Below are positions 1 through 9,763 of a DNA stretch of 64,000 nt, piece after piece. Source of the DNA: Candidatus Poribacteria bacterium. Its GTDB lineage: Bacteria > Poribacteria > WGA-4E > JAJDTR01. Below the pieces are notes generated by a model. It was given only the letters and a program-made list of their open reading frames with translations. It ran no database searches and was not told where the DNA came from. Where the stretch lies: NCBI GenBank assembly GCA_965220415.1, contig OZ244829.1, positions 2,799,483-2,863,482 on the forward strand, read 5' to 3'. Position 1 is the stretch's first letter. Each line of letters starts with the position of its first letter. The position numbers and the translations under genes are program-made.

Positions 1-271
1 TTGGGATTTACGTGGTGGATGCAACTAACGGCGCCGTCAACGCTTTGCAACACGATCCCGAGTTCTGGAATTCCGCACCGGATTGGCTTTATCCCGGAGA
101 GCTCTCGGTTTCGCCGCAGCGCAGCCGCATCACAATGTGGGGCAGGTTGAAGAAAGTTGCGTCCAGCCTCCCGTGAGGTGTATGCGGAGCGGGCGATGGG
201 AGAGGATCTCGGTGATTCGTCGATTGCCGGTTGCGCACTGTGTAGTGGATATGTTTTGTGCGTGAAATGAG

Positions 272-296
272 GTCGCGACCTGGAGATCGCTCCTAC
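272..296. repeat. REP family-1 element (GTCGCGAyyyGGAGATCGCTCCTAC; hairpin GCGAT-N6-ATCGC plus terminal CCTAC/GTAGG)
   Basis: Same ~25-nt imperfect palindrome recurs at 28059, 29020-29335, 48518, 49785, 51512, 54804 and 57750. Confidence 0.7.
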
Positions 297-309
297 GCAA
301 GGCTGGTCG

Positions 310-420
310 GAAGGATCTCTATCAGGATTTACTATGGGATCTCTACCGCGGGAACTCCTATCGGTCAGTTGCTCCTTCGCTATCCGCTCAGTTGATCTAT
401 TCGGTCGGTTGATTTACTAC
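310..420. repeat. REP family-2 cluster (units resembling GGGATCTCTATCGCGCTCCTTATTCAGTCGCTTGATC)
   Basis: Degenerate tandem copies of a ~35-nt unit that recurs in more than 20 intergenic spacers of this window. Confidence 0.7.
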
Positions 421-653
421 AGGAGTTGGGTTTCACTCTAATTTTCCGCGTTTTCAGGTAGATTGTAACGTCGGAAGTCCTCTTGCTATGCGGAATCTGT
501 TTTGGATTTTCGTTCAACCCAACCTACGAAGTTAGCTTGACCTATTCACTCGCTTGAGCCTACCATACAGATCCTTGCTGCAGGGGATTTCAGCGCGACT
601 TGGAGAGGGTTGAGGAACGCAAATCTGCGTTCCCTACTGTAAGGAGAACGACC

Positions 654-2843
654 ATGCAGAAAAGAAAAGCGATGTTATTCAAAACCTGCATTCTCTTGCT
701 CTCCATCCTGTTTTCACTCGACGCCCTCGCCCAAAACGCATCGCACTGGGGATTACCGGACGGCGCCAAAATGCGCTTGGGCAAAGGTCGAGTATCTCAG
801 ATTACGTATTCCCCGGACGGACTGCGGCTCGCGGTAGCGAGTACCATCGGGATTTGGCTCTACGATACGGCAGTGAATCAAGAAATCGCGCTATTCACCA
901 CGCATTCCTCCATCTTCACGTGCGTTGCGTTCAGCCCGGACGGAGAGACCCTTGTCAGTGGAACCTACGACGGGCAGATTCATCTGTGGGATGCGGCTAC
1001 GGGTGCACACATTCGCGCGCTTGAGAGGTTCTCGGGTCAAGTGGATAGCGTTGTGTTCAGCCCCGATGGAGAGACGCTTGCCAGTGGAAGTTGGGGCGGC
1101 AGCATCCATCTGTGGGATGCGGCTACAGGCGCGAAGATACAAACGCTTGAGGGGCAGAACTCTTGGATCAATAGCGTAGTGTATAGTCCGGATGGACGTA
1201 CTCTTGCGAATACGAGTTGGCTTGAAATTCGACTGTGGGATGCAAATACAGGTGTACACAAACGCACACTTGAAGGCCATAGGGCGGAAGTCAATAGTGT
1301 GGCATTCAGCCCGGATGGGAAGACGCTCGCGAGCGGGAGTTGGGACCGCACCGTGCGTCTGTGGGATGCGGCTACCGGGGCGCACCTCCGGACGCTTGTG
1401 GGACATACCGCTCTGGTCAATAGCGTGGCGTACAGTCCCGACGGCGAGACGCTTGCCAGTGCGGATTCGGAAGGCAACGTGCTTCTTTGGAATGCCGCAA
1501 CGGGAGCGCATCTGCGAACGCTCCAAGGACATATGTCTTGGACGAATGGCTTGGCGTACAGTCCGGATGGTCTGACGCTCGCCAGCGCAAGCCTGGATGG
1601 CGGCATTCGTCTATGGGACACGAACACTTGGGTGCAGGTATGGACACCTGCGGGATACACCGCCGGGATCAGTAGCACCGCCTACAATCCGGAGGGTTCG
1701 GCTCTTGCCACCGGAAATGAGGATGGCGCTGTTCATGTCTGGGATACGGTTACGGGTGCGCACATGCGAACGCTCCGAGGGCATACGGAGAACGTAACCC
1801 GCGTTGCATACAGTCCGGATGGCTTAATCCTCGCGAGCGGGAGCGAGGACTATACAGTCAGATTGTGGGACGCTGCCACGGGTGCGGGGGTTCGGGTACT
1901 TGAGGGACATACGGTAGATGTGACCTGTGTGGCGTTTAGCCCGGACGGATTGACGCTTGCCAGCGGGGACAAGGGCGGTAGCATCCATCTATGGAATGCG
2001 GTAACGGGGGCGCATGCACGGACGCTTGAGGGGTATGGGAGGGATATCAAGAGCTTGGTCTTCAGCCCGCATGGATTGACGCTTGCTAGTGGGGATAGGA
2101 GCGGAATCCGTTTGTGGGATGTGAAAACAGGTGAGCAACTGCCGATGCTTGAGGAGAGAACGCCTAGAGAACGTTCGTCGAGTGTACACAGCCTAGCCTT
2201 CAGCCCGGATGGTTCGACGCTTGCTGGTGGGGCGTTGGGCAAAATTCGTCTGTGGAGCGCGAATACAGGTACGCAACTGCGGACGCTTGAAGTGCGTACA
2301 TCCAAAGGATACACAGCTCAGGTAAATAGCCTAGCCTTCAGTCCGGACGGTTCGACGCTTGCCGGCGGGAGTGGGGGGTTGGAGGATGTTGTTCGTCTGT
2401 GGGATGCAGAGACCGGCGAACTGCTGCGTACGTTCAAGGGACACACGCTTGATGTTACGAGCGTAGCCTTCAGTCCAGATGGGCTGGCGCTCGCCAGCGG
2501 CAGCATGGACGGAACTGTCCTGCTGTGGGACGTGACCCCGTACACAAACCTCATTCGAGCAAGGGCGGCGGATGTCAATGCCGATGGAATCGTGAATATC
2601 CTGGATCTGGTGTTTGTCGCCGCTAATTTTGGACAGATGGGCCAAATTCGTGCGGATATCAACGGCGATGGGGTGGTGAACCTTCAAGATTTGGATCGGA
2701 TTGCCGAGGCGTTCGGAAACGCCGCCCCGTTTAGTCACGTGGATGGACATGATATCCTCACGGCAGAGGAGATAAGACTGTGGCTGGCTGATGCCAAGCG
2801 GTTAGAAACGGCAAATCCAGCCGTGCAAAAAGGAATGGAATAA
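654..2843 (+). CDS. Secreted WD40 beta-propeller repeat protein with a C-terminal type-I dockerin repeat pair
   Basis: RBS aaggag upstream of ATG 654 (track ORF starts at TTG 600). N-terminal signal peptide MQKRKAMLFKTCILLLSILFSLDALAQ. About 14 WD40 units with a recurring SPDG..LASGS...IRLWD pattern. C-terminus has two Ca-binding dockerin loops, DVNADGIVNILDL and DINGDGVVNLQDL. Confidence 0.85.
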   Translation: MQKRKAMLFKTCILLLSILFSLDALAQNASHWGLPDGAKMRLGKGRVSQITYSPDGLRLAVASTIGIWLYDTAVNQEIALFTTHSSIFTCVAFSPDGETLVSGTYDGQIHLWDAATGAHIRALERFSGQVDSVVFSPDGETLASGSWGGSIHLWDAATGAKIQTLEGQNSWINSVVYSPDGRTLANTSWLEIRLWDANTGVHKRTLEGHRAEVNSVAFSPDGKTLASGSWDRTVRLWDAATGAHLRTLVGHTALVNSVAYSPDGETLASADSEGNVLLWNAATGAHLRTLQGHMSWTNGLAYSPDGLTLASASLDGGIRLWDTNTWVQVWTPAGYTAGISSTAYNPEGSALATGNEDGAVHVWDTVTGAHMRTLRGHTENVTRVAYSPDGLILASGSEDYTVRLWDAATGAGVRVLEGHTVDVTCVAFSPDGLTLASGDKGGSIHLWNAVTGAHARTLEGYGRDIKSLVFSPHGLTLASGDRSGIRLWDVKTGEQLPMLEERTPRERSSSVHSLAFSPDGSTLAGGALGKIRLWSANTGTQLRTLEVRTSKGYTAQVNSLAFSPDGSTLAGGSGGLEDVVRLWDAETGELLRTFKGHTLDVTSVAFSPDGLALASGSMDGTVLLWDVTPYTNLIRARAADVNADGIVNILDLVFVAANFGQMGQIRADINGDGVVNLQDLDRIAEAFGNAAPFSHVDGHDILTAEEIRLWLADAKRLETANPAVQKGME

Positions 2844-2991
2844 GTAGATGGCGACTTTAAGAGTAAAAGCTGGATTCTACTTAATCCGATTCTAAATAAA
2901 GATCGTACACTACAGACTAAAAAATGTCAAAACTAGCTGGTGTATTTTCTAAAAATACATGGTAAGTGTTCGGTGCCGGTGCGGTTAGAAA

Positions 2992-3036
2992 GGGATCTCT
3001 ATCGCGTTCCTTATTCAGTCACTTGATCGCACCTAC
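2992..3036. repeat. REP family-2 element
   Basis: Sequence agggatctctatcgcgttccttattcagtcacttgatcgcacctac; ends in CCTAC. Confidence 0.7.
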
Positions 3037-3152
3037 CGGCGTGGTATAACGGTTTCTTGTGACAGTCTCGTAAGCATTAATTAGTTAGCGAATGAATCAC
3101 TAACTTTAGCCACTACGAAGATTTATAGCCTCAAAATGGGAGGAGACTGAAA

Positions 3153-3932
3153 ATGAAGTGGTTGATGGCAACGCTTATTTGCTTCTCTATTTTTCTGGAA
3201 AGTGCTTTCGGAACCAGTATTGCTGCCACGAAAGCATATATTGAAAATCATGCTTTGTTGAAAGCGATCGAAGGCAGTACATTGGTCGTCGTTGGCGAGG
3301 TTGTAGCCACACAGTTTGTATCCCGCAGTATAACCTTTGATGATTCGGTTAAGGACGCAACGACCGATGTAATAGTAGATGTCCAGACAGTTCTAAAAGG
3401 CAAACCTAACGCTGGCAAATCTACAGTGAAGTTTATGATTGAAGGTGGGAAGGGATTGAATCCAGAGACGGGCAAGATGACGCACACAAGGGTTGTCGGT
3501 ACACCTGAATTTTCTGTGGGAGAGCAAGTTCTATTGTTCCTAACAAATGATTCGAATCCGTTTTTTATGTACTATCCACATGACGGGTATCGCCTGTTTC
3601 ACAATGCTTACGGAAAAGTGGAAATCGAAAAGGGCAACGTCGAGTTGCTTTATTATACGGGAGACTATGAATTTGACACTCGACCAAGAGAAGATGGGTT
3701 AGAAAATCGCACATTCTTCGACATCAGAGTTGTTGTACTCCCATTGGATTTGGTTGTGAAGTTTAGCAAGGCACTTGCCAAAGATAAGAATGCTGCAATA
3801 AAGATAGAAAATGCTATCAAGAGTGTAGCAAAGAAAACGAAACGAAACGATAAAGTAGTCATATCTCCGAAGGGTCTGAAGACACTAGAACAAGCAATAG
3901 ATCGAGTTTTAACAAAAGTGGGAAAGTTTTAG
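3153..3932 (+). CDS. Hypothetical secreted protein
   Basis: RBS gggagga upstream. N-terminal signal peptide MKWLMATLICFSIFLESAFG. 259-aa ORF with no antisense competitor. Confidence 0.6.
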   Translation: MKWLMATLICFSIFLESAFGTSIAATKAYIENHALLKAIEGSTLVVVGEVVATQFVSRSITFDDSVKDATTDVIVDVQTVLKGKPNAGKSTVKFMIEGGKGLNPETGKMTHTRVVGTPEFSVGEQVLLFLTNDSNPFFMYYPHDGYRLFHNAYGKVEIEKGNVELLYYTGDYEFDTRPREDGLENRTFFDIRVVVLPLDLVVKFSKALAKDKNAAIKIENAIKSVAKKTKRNDKVVISPKGLKTLEQAIDRVLTKVGKF

Positions 3933-4077
3933 TCACTCTTATCTTCCGCATTATTGAGCACCTAAAAGTTTAATTTCTCGGTTGGCCGTATCCCGCATCA
4001 TAATTGACAGCACGCAATTATCCCTGTCGGAATAATCCTTTCCGCAAGTAACATTTACTAGTCGAAATCCTTTTCCT

Positions 4078-4145
4078 CGCTCCAGAGGAGCGCAATGTCA
4101 ATAGAATGCGACATGTCCAGAGTCCCGCGCTCCAGAGGAGCGCCA
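4078..4145 (+). terminator. Pair of identical GC hairpins (GCGCTCC-AGA-GGAGCGC), about 47 nt apart, downstream of 3153-3932
   Basis: cgctccagaggagcgc occurs twice, each followed by (c/a)atg. Possibly a terminator or small structured RNA. Confidence 0.25.
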
Positions 4146-4360
4146 TGTGGTGTGTTACTTGGTAAAATGAAGTTGACGATGGAAGGGCAAAACCGGTCAA
4201 TCAATCGGACTCACGGTAGTACCTCGGTGATTTTTGCCCATTTGGGGATATATACCCCAAGATTTTGTATGTGAAAATTTGAGATTGCACAAGTCTATTA
4301 TGCGGAAGATGAGTCACTAACTACTGAATCCGAAAAGGAATCATCGTTCTTGAACAATTC

Positions 4361-4687
4361 GTGGCGTCACCGACCGAGTCTCCGCGTCTTCCGACCGACA
4401 CAGCCTTACTGCCGAATTGCCCCAATCCGTTAAATCCGGAGACGTGGATACCGTATCAGTTGGCGGCGCCAGCAGTGATCGCGTTGGCGATTCATGATGT
4501 GCACGGTCGGGTGGTTGGGAGGTTGGCGGTCGGCTACCAGCAGGCGGGGGTGTATCGGAGCCGGGACCGTGTTGCGTACTGGGATGGACGGAATGAGCGC
4601 GGTGAACCGGTTGCCACAGGCGTGTATTTTTGCACGCTCGCGGCGGGAGATTTCAGGGCGACACGCAGGATGTTGGTCGGTAAGTAA
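4361..4687 (+). pseudogene. Orphan T9SS (Por secretion) C-terminal sorting-domain fragment, duplicated from the 3' end of the downstream WD40 gene
   Basis: 108-aa ORF starting at GTG that contains only LLPNCPNPLNPETWIPYQL...GVYFCTLAAGDFRATRRMLVGK. About 85% identical to the last ~95 aa of 4720-6990. No N-terminal domain or signal peptide. Confidence 0.5.
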
Positions 4688-4719
4688 ACTTCACGTTCGC
4701 CAGCGAGGCGAATTATTCG

Positions 4720-6990
4720 ATGAAAAGACACCTGTTTTTCGTAGTTTGCTTTATATTCTTGTCTGCTCTGTTTCTACCGAGCAGTTTTTCCCAAGATATT
4801 ACTCAGTGGGGGTTGCCCGCGGGCGCCAGAGCACGTCTCGGTAAGGGGGCGGTATCTGAAATCGCGTATTCGCCAGATGGTACGCGACTCGCGGTCGGGA
4901 GTAGCGTCGGTATTTGGCTCTATGATGCGGCTACCGGTACCGAAGTCAACCTTCTCACGGGGCATACATCATCGATAAGATCCATAGCGTTCTCGCCGGA
5001 TGGATTGACGCTTGCCAGTGGAAGTAGGGACAACACGATTCGATTGTGGGATGTTCGCACCGCTCGGCACCTACACATCCTGGAAGGGCATACGGATTTG
5101 GTCGAATCCGTCACGTTCTCACCCGACGGATTAACGATTGCCAGCGGAAGTTTTGACGGCAGCGTTCGACTATGGGATGTTCGCACTGGAGAAGGGCTGA
5201 AAATTCTTGAAGAACACCCGAATACGGTCAATTCCGTAGTGTTCGCGCCCCATGGATTAACGATTGCCAGCGCGAGTAATGAGGAGATTCGGCTATGGGA
5301 TGTGCGTACTGGGGAATTAAAGCAAATTCTCCATGGTCATCGGAGTACTGTCAATTCCATGGCTTTCTCGCGTGATGGGTTGAGGCTTGCGAGCGGAGAA
5401 AGTTACGACACGATCTGGTTGTGGGATGTTCGCACCGGGGCAGCCATGCATACCCTTGAGGGGCATTGGCGTTCGGTCAATTCGGTGGCGTTCTCGCCCG
5501 ATGGATTGACGATTGCCAGTGGAAGCGGGGACGCTATCAACGATGTCCCCGACAATACGGTCCGTCTGTGGGATGCCCGCTCTGGAGAAGCCCTGCAGAT
5601 TCTTGAGGGACATACGGCTCCGGTCGTATCGGTAGTGTTTTCGCCCGATGGATTAACACTCGCCAGCGCGAGCTGGGACGACACGATTCAGTTCTGGAAT
5701 GCCAACACTGGTGAACGCCTACACACGCTTTCTGGACATACGGGCGGAATTCGTTCCATGGTTTTCTCGCCAGATGGACTGACGCTTGCCAGTGCGGGGA
5801 GTTTCGGCAACACGATTCAGTTGTGGGATATCCACGATGGGAGGTATTCTCAGACCATTTCAGGGCATACAGGAGATGTTTATTCCATAGATTTCTCGCC
5901 TGACGGATTTACGCTTGCCAGTGGGAGTACTGATAATACGATTAGACTGTGGAATGTCTATACCGGCCGACACCTGCAAACCTTCGAAGGACATACGAAC
6001 TATGTCTATTCCGTAGCATTTTCCCCGGACGGAACCATGCTTGCTAGTGGCGGAGGTTGGCCAGACTACTCAATCCATTTGTGGGATGCTCGCGCCGGAG
6101 ATCGCCTGCAGACCCTTGAGGGACATATAGGGGAGATTTGGACTGTGGCGTTTTCTCCGGACGGATCACAGTTAGCCAGTGGAAGTGCGGACAGCACGAT
6201 TTGCTTGTGGGATGCCGGCACTGGTGCCCCTCTACGAACCCTTGAGGGGCATACGGGTACGGTCTATACTGTAACGTACTCGCCAGACGGGAGCACACTC
6301 GCCAGTGGAAGTGAGGACTACGCGGTTCGTTTGTGGGAAGTCCGCACTGGGAATCATCTACGAACCCTTGAGGGGCATACGGGTACGGTCCGTTCTGTAG
6401 CGTTTTCGCCCGATGGGTACACGCTTGTAAGTGGTGGAAGTTGGGACAATACGATTCGTTTGTGGGATACCCGAACTAGTGAAGGCTTGCAGGTCCTTGA
6501 AGGAAATACGGGTTATGTCACCTCTGTTGCATTCTCCCCTAACGGGCGCACGCTTGTTAGCGGGAGTTGGGGTTCAGCGATACTACTGTGGGATCTCAGG
6601 CGTGCCATGACTTGGGGAAGTATTAAGCGTGCAGTGGTCGCGGATGGGACTAGACATCCACGAGAGCTTGCTTCCTCCGTCGCTGATTCGACGCTGATGA
6701 CAACGGCGCTTCTGCCGAATTACCCCAATCCGTTCAATCCGGAGACGTGGATACCGTATCAGTTGAAGGAGGCGGCGGATGTCAGACTGACAGTCTATGA
6801 CGTGCACGGTCGGGTGGTTCGGACGTTGGCGGTCGGCTATCAGCCAGCGGGGGTGTATCGGAGCCGGGATCGCGCGGCGTATTGGGACGGACGGAATGAG
6901 CGCGGCGAATCTGTTGCAGCGGGCGTGTATTTTTGCACGCTCGCGGCGGGAGATTTTAGGGCGAGTCGCAGGATGTTGGTCGGTAAGTAG
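4720..6990 (+). CDS. Secreted WD40 beta-propeller repeat protein with a T9SS C-terminal sorting domain (Por_Secre_tail type)
   Basis: Signal peptide MKRHLFFVVCFIFLSALFLPSSFSQ. About 14 WD40 units. C-terminal NYPNPFNPETWIPYQL...YFCTLAAGDF motif. N-terminal ~45 aa after the signal are homologous to 654-2843. Confidence 0.85.
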   Translation: MKRHLFFVVCFIFLSALFLPSSFSQDITQWGLPAGARARLGKGAVSEIAYSPDGTRLAVGSSVGIWLYDAATGTEVNLLTGHTSSIRSIAFSPDGLTLASGSRDNTIRLWDVRTARHLHILEGHTDLVESVTFSPDGLTIASGSFDGSVRLWDVRTGEGLKILEEHPNTVNSVVFAPHGLTIASASNEEIRLWDVRTGELKQILHGHRSTVNSMAFSRDGLRLASGESYDTIWLWDVRTGAAMHTLEGHWRSVNSVAFSPDGLTIASGSGDAINDVPDNTVRLWDARSGEALQILEGHTAPVVSVVFSPDGLTLASASWDDTIQFWNANTGERLHTLSGHTGGIRSMVFSPDGLTLASAGSFGNTIQLWDIHDGRYSQTISGHTGDVYSIDFSPDGFTLASGSTDNTIRLWNVYTGRHLQTFEGHTNYVYSVAFSPDGTMLASGGGWPDYSIHLWDARAGDRLQTLEGHIGEIWTVAFSPDGSQLASGSADSTICLWDAGTGAPLRTLEGHTGTVYTVTYSPDGSTLASGSEDYAVRLWEVRTGNHLRTLEGHTGTVRSVAFSPDGYTLVSGGSWDNTIRLWDTRTSEGLQVLEGNTGYVTSVAFSPNGRTLVSGSWGSAILLWDLRRAMTWGSIKRAVVADGTRHPRELASSVADSTLMTTALLPNYPNPFNPETWIPYQLKEAADVRLTVYDVHGRVVRTLAVGYQPAGVYRSRDRAAYWDGRNERGESVAAGVYFCTLAAGDFRASRRMLVGK

Positions 6991-7087
6991 GGGTATTACA
7001 GGATTATGGAAAGCAGATTTGCGTTCCCTACGCGGTGGCAGCAGTCGATTCACGCTGCCGACGGACATGAAATGCAACAGAAAAGGC

Positions 7088-7109
7088 TGGTGCGCAATGC
7101 GCACCCTAC
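7088..7109. repeat. REP family-4 variant (GGTGCGCAaTGCGCACCCTAC)
   Basis: GC hairpin plus CCTAC; a sister copy lies at 12024-12046. Confidence 0.6.
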
Positions 7110-7413
7110 AGACTTGGAAATATACATATCGCGCGCTTAATGTTCAGTCGTTTGATCTCCTGCACAAAATCTGAACGATAATCCCGACTGTTGCACGATG
7201 CAGGGCACGGAAAACGACAATCCTGCCCTATCCGGTACGCTCAGTGAACGTACTTCGTCGAAATCTCCCATAAAATTGGACTTTCACTGATGGCACGTTC
7301 CTTGCTCTCCCTTTTGACTAATCCAACTAACAATCATCAAACCACGGACGGTGTGGAAAGGAATCTTCCATCCTTACCCCCTTCCATCCAATCTTAAACT
7401 CGGAGGACACATT

Positions 7414-9447
7414 ATGAAATTCAAGAAACTTTCCTGCGCATTAACGGCTTCGCTAATGTTACACACCGCCATCGTGTTGCTTATTGGCGCCTATTGGGTG
7501 ACGAAAACCCCACAGCCGAATGATTCGATGAGCATAGAATTCCTTTCGCCATTCCCCCCTCCTAAACCGAAAATGCGGAAAGCCGAGATGCTACCCGCGT
7601 TCACGCCGAAAAAAATCATCCAAGTGAAGGTAGCCATTCCTCGCGGAGGACTGGCTATGGAGGACGCGATAGGCGCGCAGCCATCGCCGCCCAGTGCCCG
7701 AAGACCCATACTTCCAATGAAGGCAGTTTCCAATTACCAACCGTCTTCGGTATTGGAGTTTTCTTCAAAGGCGGTTCGCATAGATTCCCCGATTGCGATG
7801 AAAATTCCAAAACAGAATGATTCGAGGAACGTAGAAATCCTATCGCCAATCGCGCCTCCTCAACGGAGAGCCCTGACGCAATCTGAGTCCGAGCCGCAAA
7901 AAATCATCCAAGTGAAGGTAGCCGTTCCTCGCAAAGGACTGGCTATGGTGGATGCGATAGGCGCGCAGCCATTGCAGTCGACAACTTTTTCCGCGAAGTC
8001 GCGTGCATCGGCGGTGCCGCTGGAATCGCTCCATCGAATGGCTCCCCAACTCAAACCGCCAAACGCTGCCGCCTACCCGGATATGTACTTCAAGAGCAGC
8101 GGCGTCAATCCCTTCCTTGATACGGAGGACGAACACCTTTCTACCTTTGCGATGGATGTCGACACGGCGTCGTATTCGGTTACCCGCCGATACTTGACGG
8201 AGGGGCACCTGCCCCCGTCGGAAGCGGTGCGCGTCGAGGAGTTCGTCAACGCCTTCAAATACGACTATGCCGCACCGACCGAAGGCGCATTCGCCATCCA
8301 CCTTGAGGGCGCACCGTCAATATTTTCCGATAGCAAGCGTACCCATTTACTGAGAATCGGATTGAAGGGCCGCGTGATTCCCGACGAAGACCGGAAAGAC
8401 GCAACCCTTACCTTTGTGATTGACGTATCCGGCTCAATGGAAATGGAAAACCGTTTGGGGCTGGTGAAGAGGTCGTTGAGGCTGCTTGTGGATCAACTTC
8501 GACCTACCGACAGAGTGGGCATCGTTGTCTACGGCTCTCAAGGAAGGCTGGTGTTGCCGCACACGGCAGTCAACCGACGCGCCGAGATTTTGACAGCCAT
8601 CGATTCCCTGTATCCGGGTGGATCGACCAACGCCGAAGAGGGGTTGCGCATCGGGTACGACCTCGCTTGGCGTAACTCGGAGGTCGATCACATCAACCGC
8701 GTGATTCTTTGCTCGGACGGTGTCGCCAATGTCGGTCAAACGGGACCGGAAGAGATCCTGAAGGAGATACGCGCCCATGTCAAGCGCGGAATCACATTGT
8801 CGACCGTTGGCTTCGGTATGGGAAACTATAACGACATCCTCATGGAGAAACTTGCGAATGCGGGAAACGGGAACTACGCCTATGTTGACACACTCAGTGA
8901 GGCGAGGCGCATTTTCGTGGAAGATTTGACGGGGACGCTGCAGGTCATCGCCAAAGACGCCAAGATTCAGGTGGATTTCAATCCGGAGGTGGTTAGTCGA
9001 TTCCGCCTGCTCGGTTATGAAAACCGTCACCTCGAAAACCACCAGTTCCGCGATGACTCCGTTGACGCCGGCGAGGTTGGCTCGGGTCACTGCGTGACCG
9101 CGCTGTATGAGGTCAAGTTGCACGAGGGAGCGTCCGGAAAAATAGCGACCGCTTCGATTCGTTACGCCGATCCCGATAGCCAGAAAGTCACCGAAGTTGG
9201 AGAAGACATCTTTTCATCGGATCTGCGCGAGTCGTTTGAGACGGCTTCCGCGCCGTTTCGCCTCGCGGCAGCCGTGGCAGAATTCGCCGAAATCCTGCGG
9301 GAGAGCTACTGGGCAAAGGACGGAAGTTTCGAGGACGTGCGCCGAGTGGTCAAGGGTGTCTTCCCGGAATTCGACAACGAACAGGTTGTCGAGTTAATCT
9401 ACTTGCTCGGCAAAGCTATCGAATACAAGGCGCAACTTGATTCGTAG
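7414..9447 (+). CDS. Membrane-anchored von Willebrand factor type-A protein (YfbK-like vWA plus DUF3520-like C-terminal region)
   Basis: RBS ggagga upstream of ATG 7414. N-terminal TM helix, then a Pro-rich linker. vWA motifs: MIDAS DVSGSM, VVYGSQ, STNAEEGL, ILCSDGVANVG. Conserved C-terminal region follows. Confidence 0.8.
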   Translation: MKFKKLSCALTASLMLHTAIVLLIGAYWVTKTPQPNDSMSIEFLSPFPPPKPKMRKAEMLPAFTPKKIIQVKVAIPRGGLAMEDAIGAQPSPPSARRPILPMKAVSNYQPSSVLEFSSKAVRIDSPIAMKIPKQNDSRNVEILSPIAPPQRRALTQSESEPQKIIQVKVAVPRKGLAMVDAIGAQPLQSTTFSAKSRASAVPLESLHRMAPQLKPPNAAAYPDMYFKSSGVNPFLDTEDEHLSTFAMDVDTASYSVTRRYLTEGHLPPSEAVRVEEFVNAFKYDYAAPTEGAFAIHLEGAPSIFSDSKRTHLLRIGLKGRVIPDEDRKDATLTFVIDVSGSMEMENRLGLVKRSLRLLVDQLRPTDRVGIVVYGSQGRLVLPHTAVNRRAEILTAIDSLYPGGSTNAEEGLRIGYDLAWRNSEVDHINRVILCSDGVANVGQTGPEEILKEIRAHVKRGITLSTVGFGMGNYNDILMEKLANAGNGNYAYVDTLSEARRIFVEDLTGTLQVIAKDAKIQVDFNPEVVSRFRLLGYENRHLENHQFRDDSVDAGEVGSGHCVTALYEVKLHEGASGKIATASIRYADPDSQKVTEVGEDIFSSDLRESFETASAPFRLAAAVAEFAEILRESYWAKDGSFEDVRRVVKGVFPEFDNEQVVELIYLLGKAIEYKAQLDS

Positions 9448-9532
9448 GCGAATCGAGGCTATCGTGAGATATGATGAAGGAAGTGGTTCTCTGGGTAGGT
9501 GTTTAGCGCAAGTTTCACCTGTGGGATTTGCT

Positions 9533-9720
9533 ATGGGATTTCTATCGCATTCGCTATCAAGATCTCTATCGCGCTTCCTATCCAGTCGCTTGATCTCATT
9601 TGATCCCGCTCTGGGGCTTAAATCTAGAGTGTTACTATACACCGTCCGCGCCGGTGGCGCTTTTAGAGGCTGGTAAGATCTCTATCGCCCTACTTAATCA
9701 GTCGGTTGATCGCACCCTAC
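9533..9720. repeat. REP family-2 cluster (multiple units)
   Basis: Contains gggatttctatcgcattcgctatcaagatctctatcgcgcttcctatccagtcgcttgatc, then a second copy ending cgcaccctac. Confidence 0.7.
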
Positions 9721-9763
9721 AAATGTACTTTTCAAACAGGTTCTTAAACTTGGAGGACACATT

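Noticed and set aside
891-2750. Multiple 60-210-aa ORFs on the minus strand and in alternative frames inside 654-2843 (for example 891-1532, 1037-1678, 1850-2314, 2331-2750)
   Set aside because: They are antisense or off-frame shadows of a high-GC, repeat-rich WD40 gene. They have no RBS, their products are low-complexity Arg/Pro/Ser-rich, and they overlap a gene with strong domain evidence.
6583-7104. 173-aa minus-strand ORF overlapping the 3' end of 4720-6990
   Set aside because: It overlaps the conserved T9SS CTD coding region on the opposite strand and has no supporting features.
8434-9123. 229-aa minus-strand ORF (similar ones at 10649-10993 and 11066-11338)
   Set aside because: They are antisense to the vWA paralogs. 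They are duplicated only because the sense genes are duplicated.
9533-9720. Possible CRISPR array: regularly recurring ~35-nt units with short intervening sequence (also at 13625-13720, 40430-40545, 62116-62243)
   Set aside because: The units are degenerate rather than near-identical, and the spacers are only 5-25 nt and irregular. The same unit is dispersed singly across more than 20 loci that end in GTAGG. A REP/BIME interpretation fits better, and there are no cas genes.
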